NCBI RefSeq assembly: GCF_024521635.1
Contig: NW_026250428.1
Coordinates: 248,001-312,000 of the forward strand
DNA length: 64,000 nucleotides
Direction: 5' to 3'
Source: Tricharina praecox
Lineage: Eukaryota
A program made the translations under genes and the position numbers. How positions within the stretch are numbered: the stretch's first letter is position 1; the number at the start of each line of letters is the position of its first letter. The notes under the pieces are model-generated. The model searched no databases. It saw nothing but the letters and a program-made list of their open reading frames with translations, and was not told where the DNA came from. Positions 52,754 to 64,000 of the stretch are shown one piece after another.

Positions 52754-54193
52754 AGTAGAGTTAGAAAGAGCCTCGATATGTTGAAACGTTCAATTGGGTG
52801 AAACTCGACGGGTATCTGGCTCTTCTGGAGGCGACGAGGAAGCCAAATGCCAAATGTGGGTTCGTGGTGGGCGTTCTCGAGTGATATTCGCTTTGATTTT
52901 TGATTATTATTTTTTCCGCCGGTCTTTTGCCCTTCGCTGGTCTCTTTATGCCCAAATGTGGAGTCCTGTGGGTAGGTGGGAATCAAAGGCTGAGAAGGAG
53001 GGAGCATAGGAGATTTTGTGTGGTTGATGGGTCAGACATCTCGAGGGTCGATGCTTGCTTAACCTCTCTTATTTATCATCCACTTCGTCGGCTAATGCTA
53101 CCAAATTTCAGGTGAGGGGTTATGTAGCCAACATGAAAGACGGTATTTTAACTCTTACTTTAGGGGAGGGTACAATCAAATCTCTTTTTTCTCTTTTCTA
53201 TGAGGCAAAGCAAGTGGTTGCAGTCGCCGAAAAAAGTCCAGAAACTCAATTTCTACAATCTACTTCCTAGCGGATATCCAGTGGGGTTATTAAACACATC
53301 TAGAGTGAAAGGTAAACCCTACCTCCCCAGGCAGACAGAGTCAACCCCGTGGGCCAACAAGATCTGGAAGTTTCCGCGCGGCGAATAGTGCATTCAAGAC
53401 GATATTAGCCTCGTTTTCTACGTGGTAGAGGAAAGTCTAACTGATTACTGATGTGCTGGACTAGTCAAGCTCTCTTGCCAATGAGTATATAAGACACTGC
53501 CATCCCGCTGGCTCCGGCTTTCCTCCTTCTTTCCTCCCACCTACAACCGAACCACAGCTCTACTTCAACCCCGCCACAGACCTAGCAGCAGAGGACGTCC
53601 CTGAGAGCGATTCGATCCCGTTGGGAGGTAGCATCTGTCTGCTGCGCTGTATATGTGGGTTGGTACACCCGCGGGAGAAGTGGCTGCGCGGGAGAAGGAA
53701 AGGTCGAGTCTGGACCTAGGCTTCGGCCCGAGTCGAGTCTGGAGTGAATCATTCGCCTCCCCCGCCGGCCCGTCACCCGTTAGCGATCTTTACAACAGCG
53801 TTTACAACAGAGTTTACAGCAGAGTTTTCACTCTTCACTCGCCGCATGTTTTGGCTTCATCTTTGCACTTTCATCTCGCCTGTGTGGTATGTAGGAACTT
53901 TACTAGATTACTAGTGCCTAGTGCAGTCGCCGCGCTTAAGCCATCCAAGTACATATGGACAGCAACCACAAATCGCAATGAGTGATCACAACTTACGGGG
54001 CTACCGTCTACCATTACCAGACCCAGCTGAAAGAAAACAAAAGAAAACCGAACAATCGCCACAACAACTTTAATCTTCCGTGAAATCGTAGACCTACTCA
54101 ACCAAGCCATACATGACCCGCCCAAGAAAGCCACAAATCAAGAACTATCCCCCCCCCTCCGGCCTCCCAAAGGAGACATTTTCATCCGTAAAT

Positions 54194-56315
54194 TTACCAG
54201 CTCAGATCCTGATCCTGACCAGCGCCCTCCGTGCCCCAAGCGCCACCATCAGCGGCAGCTCCAGCCGTGAAAGGCAACTCTTCGGAGTCATCATTTTCGT
54301 CGAAATTCAACTCGCCGGTCGGCTTGTATTCCTCGAGGAAATCGGGGACGTCCTGATTGTTCTCCATCAAAATCTTGACCAGGTCCGGAGCAATACTCGA
54401 GTTCCTGTCGTTATAGAAGCTGGTGGCGAGACCATGGTTTCCAATACGAGCGGTGCGTCCTATCACGGCGGTCATCAATCAGTTCTGCGAGACAACAGCT
54501 GTCAACGGATGGTCGAACTTACCAATACGGTGGATGTACTCGTCGATGTTGGCAACCATATCGTAGTTCACGATATGCATCACATTCTTGATATCGAGGC
54601 CGCGAGCCGCAATGCCGGTCGCGATCAGGATCGGACACTTGCCCGAACGAAAAGCGATCAGGGCATCCTCGCGTTCACGCTGAGTCCTGTCACCGTGGAT
54701 CGAAGTGCATGGCAACTTATGGTTGTACAAGTAGTCGTCGATCGAGTCGGCGGTGCGCTTGTGGTTGACGAAGATCATCGTACGAGCCGGAGGAGCAGTG
54801 CACAGGAGATCGAAGAGAGCCTGCTTCTTCTTGTCCTCGTCGACCCAGATGACGTGCTGGGTGATGTTGTCGGGGGTGGAGCCGATACGACCAACCTTGA
54901 TCTGGATGTAGTCATCCGACAAGAACTGGGCAGCCAGCTGGCGGATGGGCTTCTGGAAAGTGGCGGAGAACATCATGACCTGCTTGTCATCATCCTGGTT
55001 GCAGTCGCTCGCCTGGAGGAGCTTGCGGATCTGAGGTTCGAAACCCATGTCAAGCATCTCGTCGGCCTCATCGACCACGATGTACTTGAGGCGCTTGAGG
55101 GAAAGGACGGAACCCTTCTCAAGGAAGTCGATGGTGCGGCCAGGAGTCCCAACCAGAACGTCACAGCCCTTCCCGAGCTCGATGCGCTGAGTCATGCTAT
55201 CGGCACCACCGTAGATGACGCATGGACGCAGCATGGAGCGGTAGCAGAAGCGACGACATTCATCGAAGATCTGAGTAGCCAGCTCTCTGGTCGGGGAAAT
55301 CACCAGAACGAGAGGCTCAGCAATGTAGCTCACATTCTCACCGCGCTTGGGACGGGGAGCGGCGAATTTCTTGGCCTTGCCCATCAACTTGGACAAGATA
55401 GGGATCAAGAAAGCCGCAGTCTTGCCGGATCCTGTGATGGGAAGCATTAAAACAGACAGACCAAATGAGAGAGAAGGTGTGGATGCCTACCAGTCTGCGC
55501 ACATGACAACAGATCGTATCCGGAGAGGATGGCAGGAATGCAGTAGCGCTGGATGGGGGTCGGCCTCGTATACTTGGAGAGCGCGATGTTCTCAAGCATG
55601 ACGGGGTGCAGACCCGCTTCAGCGAACTATGTAAAACAGACGACATCAGTAAATAGCGACGGACAACAACCAGAACGAGAGATTTACCTCCAAGATGGGG
55701 TTTGGCTTGGTGGTTCCATCGATTTGAACCTTGAGAATGAACAACCTAAGCGCAATCAAAGTCAATACTCATGTTCGATCCAGATGGCGATTACTGGAGG
55801 CGATGGCTAGATAGTAGAGCAAGAACGGGACAAACATACCTCGAAAAGTCGATACCAGCTCCGCAAGGCTCATCATCGTCGAGACCGAAAAGCATCCTCT
55901 CAAGCGCCTCGTTGCGAGGAGCAACGTCGCCATAGTCGTCCTTCCACTCATATCGTTCTGCGGAGGCGAGCCAGTCACCGTAAGGCTGCGAGCGGGGAAG
56001 CTCAGCATCACGAGTGGCTGTGAGAGACGGATAGTCGAACGCCTCACGATGAGCCCATTGTCCGACGGTCTCAGCTCCATTGGTGTCATCGACGGGAGTG
56101 TTAGCGATGGAGGGGGATTCCGTGGCGGGAATGGGAGCGCGGACAGGAGTGGTCTGTTCTCCTTCTGTCTGTTTTCCGAGAGTCCCTTCTTTGACAGTCT
56201 CTTGTTTGACCATGGGACTGTCATTGATGTCAATCTTGCTGAGAGAGCTATTGATGGAAAGGGATTCCATGGCGGTAATGGAAGGGGCAATTGAAGCGCC
56301 GGACGAGGTGTCCAT
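54194..56315 (-). CDS. DEAD-box RNA helicase, Ded1/DDX3/Vasa family paralog, five exons
   Basis: PTPIQ, AQT|GSGKT, SPTRELA, TPGR, DEADEMLDMGFEPQIR, FSATF, HGDRTQRERE, ARGLD, HRI|GRTAR. Confidence 0.95.
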
Positions 56316-57406
56316 TGCGACAGGTATGGGGGTGGAGGTAGGGAAATGGGTGAAGAGGTCAACAGTAAGAGAGAGACTGACGACGAGGGAGATGGGTGGA
56401 GGTGGATGAAGGTGGGTGAAGGTGGGTGAAGGTGGTGAAGGTGGTTTGTGGGGTTTGTGGGGTTGTGTTGTGTGAAATGGGAAGGAAAGGAAGGGTCGAA
56501 GTCGAGTGTGTGTGACCGAATGCGCGCCGCTCTTTTGAGTTGTCTAGTGACTGCAGTTTGACATGACGTTAGAGTCTGCTCGGGGAATATCAGATGGGAG
56601 CACAGCGGAGGGCAGCCAAGCCGCTCACAGCTGCGGAGAGCCGTGGGGTCCTGTGAGTAGGGAACCCACGCTGTGCGAGTGATGAGATGGCAATCAGTGA
56701 GACTTTCCCGCTCGATACAAATAGATCGTTTGATGCCATGTTTCTCTCTTCACTCTCTCCCGTTTTCTTTGCAGGAAATCCTATTGTTACATACAGCCTT
56801 ACGAGGCTATTTTGCGTCATTCCTGAACGTCTACGGAAGCATCTTCATTGATCCAGCGTGATCATACATGATCCACTGAGTGATCCGCCGTGAAGGCAGT
56901 GGCTTAAGCTTTTCTGCATTTCACATGGTGGCTGACGGTTCCGCACAGACCATCTCCTTGAACTTCGCCTCCGCTCCTCCATATAGCAGCAGAGAGAGAA
57001 GTACAAGAAATTCGGAACGAGACAAGACCTCACACTGGAAAGTTTGCTACTTCTCCAATTTCTACACTTGGTCTTTCTTTTTGTCCAGTGATTGCTCTCT
57101 CAATCAGGCTTCTCGTGCCATGTTTTCCGCTTGCAAATATTCCATGTTCCTAGTCGATGCTCCGCAGAAAGCGCCCCCGTCTACTAGTCGGTGGCGCTTA
57201 GCGTCTGTCACACAAGAAAAGAAACAATTCCGCAGGCGACATTTTTTTTTATCGCAAGCTCTCCAACACAACCCAACTACCCCACCAAACGAACTTCACG
57301 CACACGCACGACCCCCACCACCGCAGCAGTATCCCCCCGCACCCCGCATCGATTCCGGATCCCCCATCCTCGGCGATCTAGAAAACACCCACACAAGACA
57401 ATTCCG

Positions 57407-58744
57407 ATGACGGCCGTGCGAGCAGGCCCCGCGCAGAAGCCGCCGCCAGAATTGACCCCTTCCGCCGCCGACCACATCCCAATATCCCGCGAGACAGGCG
57501 TGGTCGAACCGCCGCACCAGTTGCGCCCCGGAGAGTCAAAACCATGGGCCCACTTCGTCGCCGGAGCGTAAGTTCTCTATTCCATGCGGCGAGAACGGAG
57601 CGGGCTGCTGCTACCACCACCACCGCCGCCGCCATGTCCGCTTCGCTAATTATGATTTCGTGTTAGTGCGGGAGGTATGACCTCAACATTCCTGACGTCG
57701 CCGCTGGACGTCGTCAAGACTAGGTTGCAGAGCGATTTCTACAAGCACCAGCTGGACGTCCGACGAGGCACTGGCTCCTCGGCGCCCGTCGGCGTCATGA
57801 AGCAGGGCCTGCAACACTTCCGGGAAACCTTCCAGATCCTCGGGTACGGCCCCACATCTCCCCCGGCTCCCCCCACAGTCTTCTGACCTCTTCCCATGTA
57901 GCGACGTGCACAGGATAGAAGGCTGGCGCGGGCTGTTCAAAGGGCTCGGGCCGAACCTGAGCGGCGTGGTCCCCGCGCGCGCAATCAACTTCTACACGTA
58001 CGGAAACGGCAAGCGGCTGATCGCGGAGCGGTTCAACGGCGGGAAGGAGACCCCTCTGGTGCACCTGTGCGCAGCCGCGTGCGCCGGGCTCGTCACCGGC
58101 ACCGCCACAAACCCCATCTGGCTCGTCAAGACGCGGCTGCAGCTGGACAAGGCGACGGCGCGGGGCGCGCACGGCGCCGGCCGCCAGTACAAGAACAGCT
58201 TCGACTGCGTGAAGCAGGTGGTGCGGCAGGAAGGCGTCAAGGGCCTGTACCGCGGGCTGTCCGCGAGCTACCTTGGCGTCACCGAGAGCACGCTGCAATG
58301 GGTCCTCTACGAACGCATGAAGACGTACCTGGCCCGCCGCAAGGCCGACATCCTCGACGCCGGGAAACCCATGACCGCTTGGGACGAGTTCGTGGACACC
58401 GGAGGAAAGCTCGGTGCCGCTGGAACCGCGAAGTTGTTTGCTGCCTGCCTCACTTACCCCCATGAGGTCGTTCGCACCCGCATGCGACAGAGACCCATGA
58501 ACGGCGAGAGACCGAAGTACACCGGCCTCCTACAGTGCTTCCGCACTATCTGGAAGGAGGAGGGAATCGTCTCGATGTACGGCGGCTTGAGCCCGCACTT
58601 GGTATACCCCCTTACTCCCCATCCTCTCCCCAAATCCACAGCACCCACTGACACTACACCCACCAGCTCCGCGTCGTCCCCTCGGCGGCAATCATGTTCG
58701 GCATGTACGAGGCGATCCTGCACCTGCTGGGCGAGAAGTCATAA
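57407..58744 (+). CDS. RIM2: Mitochondrial carrier, Rim2/SLC25A33-36-type pyrimidine nucleotide transporter, four exons
   Basis: PWAHFVAG, TSPLDVVKTRLQSDFY, GLGPNLSGVVPARAINFYTYGNGK, TNPIWLVKTRLQLD, GLSASYLGVTES, YPHEVVRTRMRQ. Confidence 0.93.
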
Positions 58745-60698
58745 GTCAAGTCGTAAGTCGTAGAAAGATAACAAAACGAATATCTCCGGGCTGGTTTTTT
58801 TTTTTACTCAGTGTCGTCATTTCTCCCTCTTTCATCATCGATCACGCACATAATTCAACTTCAACTCATCTCATGCCTACGCCTATGCCTATGCCCCTAC
58901 CTGTACAACATCATCAACATCAATATCGCCATCATCATCCTTTTAACGACGGTTAGCATTTTATTCTTTCTGGGTTGGAAAACAAAATTAGAGGGAGAGG
59001 GAAGAGGAGAGTTCGTGGGGGGGTACGTTTTTTCGGCGGCGGCGGAGGAGGTTCTCTTTTCATTCGGGGCGTCCAGCTGTTTGGCTGTTCGTTGGTTGGT
59101 TGGTTGGTCTGTCCGTTGGCTTTGTTGGTTGGTCGATTGGTCGGTTGGTTGGTTTACTTGTATTGTACATTAGAAAATTCACGCACGAGGGTTCTGTCTG
59201 TCTGTCTGTTTCATACATCCCTCATTCCCACTCATCCGGATCAAGGAAGCAAAGTTACGGCAAAAAGAAGAAAAAACAGTAAATAGGTATCAAGTGATTT
59301 ACTCCGCAGCTATCGCAGTAACGTGCGCTTCCCTCCCATTCCCCACCCACGCAGCCCTCCAACTCCCACCATGCCACAGACCAAATCCAAACCCAAAATC
59401 AAGCTCGTCTATGCTGTGTCCCAGCGGCCAGTCCCCCATCTCGCACCCCGGGGTTCCCCAGACGGGCGCGGATAACTACCATACTAGGACCTAATGGAGT
59501 AACTATTAACGCGCTAAACGGTATATATCTAGTGAACTCCCGCCAACAGGCCTGAGGGCTCATGTGAGAATCGAGTTTATTGGCGTGCGCTACCCCGCTG
59601 TTCTTCGCGAGCTACTAGTATTGGTTAGTAGCGGGCTTGCCGCTGGACGGCAGAAAATAACTTGCGCCGGCATGGGGCTGATGGATCATATATATAACTA
59701 CCGGTACCGTGAGCGGGAAGGGTGATCGTACTATGGGATACCTAGTTTTTGCTTCTTTCGGATGCGTGGCTGTTTTGTCGATTCTACTATGGTACAGAGT
59801 TGCGCGTGTTCACGGTGTTTGAGAATACTCCACTCTTCTCTACTCTACTACCAATGGTCTGCAATGTCCCATTCACTCTCACTCTCACTCCCCCAGCACG
59901 AGTGTTCACAAATGAATATTCCATTCGGTCTCAGCAGTATATCTCTCGGTCGACCCCCCACCCCAGTAGCTCGGCTTTCTCTTGTCTTCTGAGGAATGGA
60001 ATGGATTCGAAAGTACTCTACACACTGAAAGAGGGAGGATCCGTTGCCGTGTGGCCTTGACACGGCAACCAGCGACTCAGTGTTATTCTTAGGTGTTCAA
60101 GGCCGCAGCAACTCCTGTATCATTTTGGTGGTCTCGTGAGAAAAGCCTACCAGACTTTACCGTTCTTCCGTGGGGTTATTTCCTGTGTTGACGAGAACAA
60201 CATCACCCACTCAACCAGGCCAAACCGTCAATCCCAGTCGTTGCAGCTTTGCGGCTCTGCATTTCACTTTCTCAGTCATGAAGCCCATTCAGCCGTTCCA
60301 TTTTCCATTTCCGCTCACCATTTCCGTCCACCGGTTCTCACACAGTCTCACAGTCTCGCACAGCTCACATTGCCAAAAAATAATCATAGGTAGGGTATCC
60401 AAGAACTTTCTTCCGATATGTAGTGTACAAAGTATTCGACCGACAAAAAGAAAAATCACACCAATTAAGCACAGTTGTTAGCACCGCTAGATAAGGACCC
60501 AAAACGTATATCCTCCCGCATACAATCGCCACGCACGTACAATCGCCACGCTCAACAAAACAAACAAAGCAAACAAACAAGCAAGCAAGCAAGACAAAAG
60601 AGAAGGGAATTGGCAAAAGTGACGCAGAGCGGAACGCACCAAAAAAAAAACAGAAGCAAGAGAATGTAAAACTTTAGAAGTAACCAAGCTGCAACCCC

Positions 60699-62514
60699 TC
60701 AGCTCCAACCATAATAAGCCGGCTCCCAAGAGCCCGGGTACGCAGTACTACTCATTGCGTATCCTTCGCCATCGTCGCTCAGGCCGGCCCCGGACTGGCC
60801 CCGTGAGTGCCCGTTGCTGACAACTTCCTTGCCGTCGTCGCCTTCGTAGTGCACCGCGATCTTTTCTTCGATCATTACCGCTTTCGGCTCGGCGGGCTGC
60901 TCTGGAGAGGATCGTTCGGCTGCTGCTGCTGCCGCTGCTGCTGCAGGGAGTTGCTTGCCCGTCGCCGTCGTCGTCGGCGCTGGCTCCGAGACAGGCTGCT
61001 CCTGAGCTGTCTCTTGCACCAGCTCCTTGTTCACCACTCCCACTGCCATGGAAACATCCTCGGCCCTCGTTACCTGTCCATCCCGCCCATCCTGTGCATC
61101 CTGCCCGCCCTGAACATCGTGCTTAGCGTGCATATACTTCTTGCCATCCTTCTCGTCATCCTTCCCGTGATCCTGTACATCCCGTATCTTCACGCTGTGC
61201 ACATTCTCCGCCGGCTCCTTCACCTGTTCCAGCACTCCCTTTACACTCTTCGCCTCCTCGACCGCCTCGACTGCCTCTTCTTCCACATCCACATCCACAT
61301 CCTCTTCCCGCTTCCTCGCCTCAACCGCCACTGCCACCGCCACCGCCTTCTCCATCTCCTCCACCTTACCATTCATCTCTTCCTGCGCCACCGCCGCCAC
61401 CACCACCTCAGTATCCACAGTAGCCACCGTCTCTACTTCCGCAGGGCGGTCGCTATTGTGCATCGAACCATGGCCGAACGTCTGCGCAGGCTCGCAAACC
61501 ACGCTGTTAGCGGGTGGCCCCAGCACCAGCGCATTCGGGGGAGGAGGAGAAACAGAAGTCGGCACAGAAGCAAACACAGTCGGTAGAGAAGGAGCAGGAG
61601 CAGCAGCAGGAGCAGCAGCAAGGGTCGGTGTGTTCGCACCATTACTACTTGCGGGCGTGTTGTCAGGGTTGACAGTGATCCCTCCATGCGCCGACGACGG
61701 CAAACTAGCTTCGCCGTGCGCCGCCAGCGAAGAGTGGTGCGTGCCTTGCCGGGAGATGCCAGGTCCGCTGCTGCTGAGGCCGCTGACGCTCGTGGAGTTC
61801 GATACGACCGAGTGGGTGCGCTGGGGCGCGGACGATGCGTGTGCGGACGTTAATGGCTGCTGCGGAAGCGGCGGTGCGGCGTAGCCGCTGGCACTTGTTG
61901 CGTTAGAGACGACGGATTGTGCGCGCTGGAGCTGCTCCTGCTGCGACGGCGTGTGGTACGATCCGGCGGCGGATGCGGGCGACGGTGGAACTACTGGAGA
62001 GGTGTAGCCTGCATACCCTCCGAATTCGCGGTTCCCGCTCGGCGGTTGCGGCGTGTAGACGTGATGCTGCTGCTGCTGTTCCTGATGTTGCTGGGGAGGC
62101 GGAGGGTATACTTGTTGCTGAGGAGGCGGAGGGTATATTTGTTGCTGAGGAGGCGGAGGGTATATTTGTTGCTGAGGAGGCGGAGGGTATATTTGCTGTT
62201 GGGGAGGCGGAGGGTATGTTTGCTGTTGAGGAGGCAGGGGATATGATTGCTGTTGGGGAGGCGGAGGGTATGATTGCTGCTGGGGCGGCGGAGGGTATGC
62301 CTGTTGTTGGGGAGGTGGGGGATATTCCTGCTGTTGGGGAGGCGGGGGATATGCCTGTTGCTGAGGAGGCGGAGGGCATGCCTGTTGCTGAGGAGGCGGA
62401 GGGTACGTTGCTTCATTGACGGAATAATCACTGACAGCCGTTCCCGCCCTGCTCAGCCGCGGGCTTGCCTCTCGCGAATGCGAATAGGCCGACTGTTGCA
62501 ACTGGGCAGGAGAA

Positions 62515-62547
<33 letters not shown>

Positions 62548-64000
62548 GATGGTGGCGGCGGCGGCGGCGGTGGTGGCGTGTTCCCGCCTCTTGCCCCCGC
62601 GATGGAGCCCCGATGTGCCAGGACAGCATTGTACAAGCTGCTCTGCGTCGACTGTCTGACCAGTCCGGACGGCAGTGGAGGAAGCTGTGGGGCTCCTGAC
62701 GATGGCTGGTATTGTTGCTGGTAGCTGGGCTGTTGCTGGTAGCCGGGGAGCGGATGGGTTGGAGAGGCAGCGTAGGGGGGTTGGCTGTATGGCGACTCGC
62801 GATACTGCTGCTGCTGTTGTTGGCTGGAGACGTTGGCCCGGGCGCCATGCTGGGGATGGTCAGGGTAGTCCTGCGGATGTGCTGAAGGCTGCCCTTGGGG
62901 CTGGTGGTGATAATTGCCCGGTGACGGTGGCGGCGGCATGCCCTGGTTCTGCCCAGCTGGTGGCGGGTAGGCCATGTTCTGCGGGATTGTCTGCGACGGT
63001 TGCTGCCCAGGCGATGGGGGAGGCGGATATGATATACTCTGTCTCGGCACGAGCGGGGTGTGCCGGCCGTGGACACTCCCCGCCGGACTGTGGGGCGATG
63101 GTATCTGTTGCGGCCCAGGTTGCAGCTGCGACCCAGGTTGCTGTTCCGGGACCCCCGGTGGGTAAGTCGCGGATTGCGGTTTGTACCCGCTGTGCTGGGA
63201 GTAACCGCCAATAGACGGCCTGGACTGCGGGTACTCCTGGGGCGGCGGGACATACGGACCGGGGGCCTGTTGTGGGGCGCCATAGCTATTGACACTTCCG
63301 CTTCTCGGCAGCGCCTGGTCAAAGCTCATGTACTGTCCTGTCTTCGGGTCATAAATCTTCGGTTCGCTGCTACTGGGCTGGACGAGTGCCTGGGCACCTC
63401 CACTACCTCCACCGCCCAGCCCCGCTTTCGCCAGCCTTCCGAATTTGGTGGGAGACTGGCCGCCGCCGCCGCCGGAGGCATTGGGTGGCGATGAGGTGCG
63501 CGAGAATATGTCGGAAAACATCTTCTTGTGCCCCTTCAGCTTGCCGTTTTCCTCGGGCTTTTTCGACTTGCCGCCTCCTCCTAGTTTTGTTAGGAAACTC
63601 CCGCGTTTCGTCATTTTCTGAGGAGGTGCATCGACGACCGGCGGTGAGTAAGCAGCCTGAGGATGACCTTGTGGAGGACCCTGAGGTTGGGCCTGAGGAT
63701 AACCCTGCGGAGGTGCCTGAGGATGGGGCTGTTGTTGCTGTTGCTGCTGTTGTGGTTGTTGCTGCTGTTGTGGTGGCTGCTGATGGTGAGGCAGCTGCTG
63801 CGACACAGCTGACAAGCTACGACCCATACCATCCAGCTTATTCCCCAGGCCTCCGAGGAGACTTGTCCGTTTCCCTTTCTTCTCCGAATTCGAAGACGAC
63901 GAGCCGGGCGGGTGTCCACTGCTGTTGGAAATTGTCTGCGCAAGGGTGGAACCGCGACTCGGCGGTAGTGCCGGATGGCCATGAGGTGTCTGGGGGTGGG
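60699..64000 (-). CDS. Large Q/P/Y-rich low-complexity hypothetical protein, 3' portion (start probably beyond the window)
   Basis: Uninterrupted ORF of over 1000 codons, ending in the compact motif MSSTAYPGSWEPAYYGWS*. Confidence 0.8.
62085..62408 (-). repeat. Coding 27-bp tandem repeat, 12 x (xYPPPPQQQ)
   Basis: Counted in the translation: 324 bp, with synonymous variation between units. Confidence 0.95.

Noticed and set aside
54113..55450. 445-aa antisense ORF over the helicase, and similar ones over SPT6, importin-alpha and RIM2
   Set aside because: Explained by codon bias of the conserved opposite-strand genes.
1..64000. tRNA, rRNA, snRNA genes or a biosynthetic gene cluster
   Set aside because: None recognised by eye. 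The TF and methyltransferase have no backbone enzyme in the window. A covariance-model scan is needed to exclude RNA genes.

Overview
Eukaryotic DNA from a filamentous ascomycete (short GT-AG introns with CTRAY branch sites; Pezizomycotina, possibly Pezizomycetes, by inference). Spliced housekeeping genes that I could reconstruct: the 5' end of a Zn2Cys6 transcription factor, a LaeA-like SAM methyltransferase, pantothenate kinase, SPT6, a FEX fluoride exporter, a phosducin-like protein, POT1, a YML020W-like protein, importin-alpha, a Ded1/Vasa-family DEAD-box helicase, a RIM2-like mitochondrial carrier and the 3' part of a large Q/P-rich protein, plus one orphan membrane protein. The long intergenic stretches hold a MITE with long TIRs, a condensed LINE relic upstream of POT1, a palindrome built from two piggyBac-like fragments, and several minisatellites. 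They also hold a ~190-240 bp structured repeat family present as two tandem arrays in opposite orientation ~10 kb apart. I see no proven new system. The best candidates are that repeat family, the piggyBac palindrome beside the Vasa-like helicase, and a TATA-led hairpin-rich segment at ~53.5-53.9 kb. All family calls come from motif recognition by eye, not from searches.
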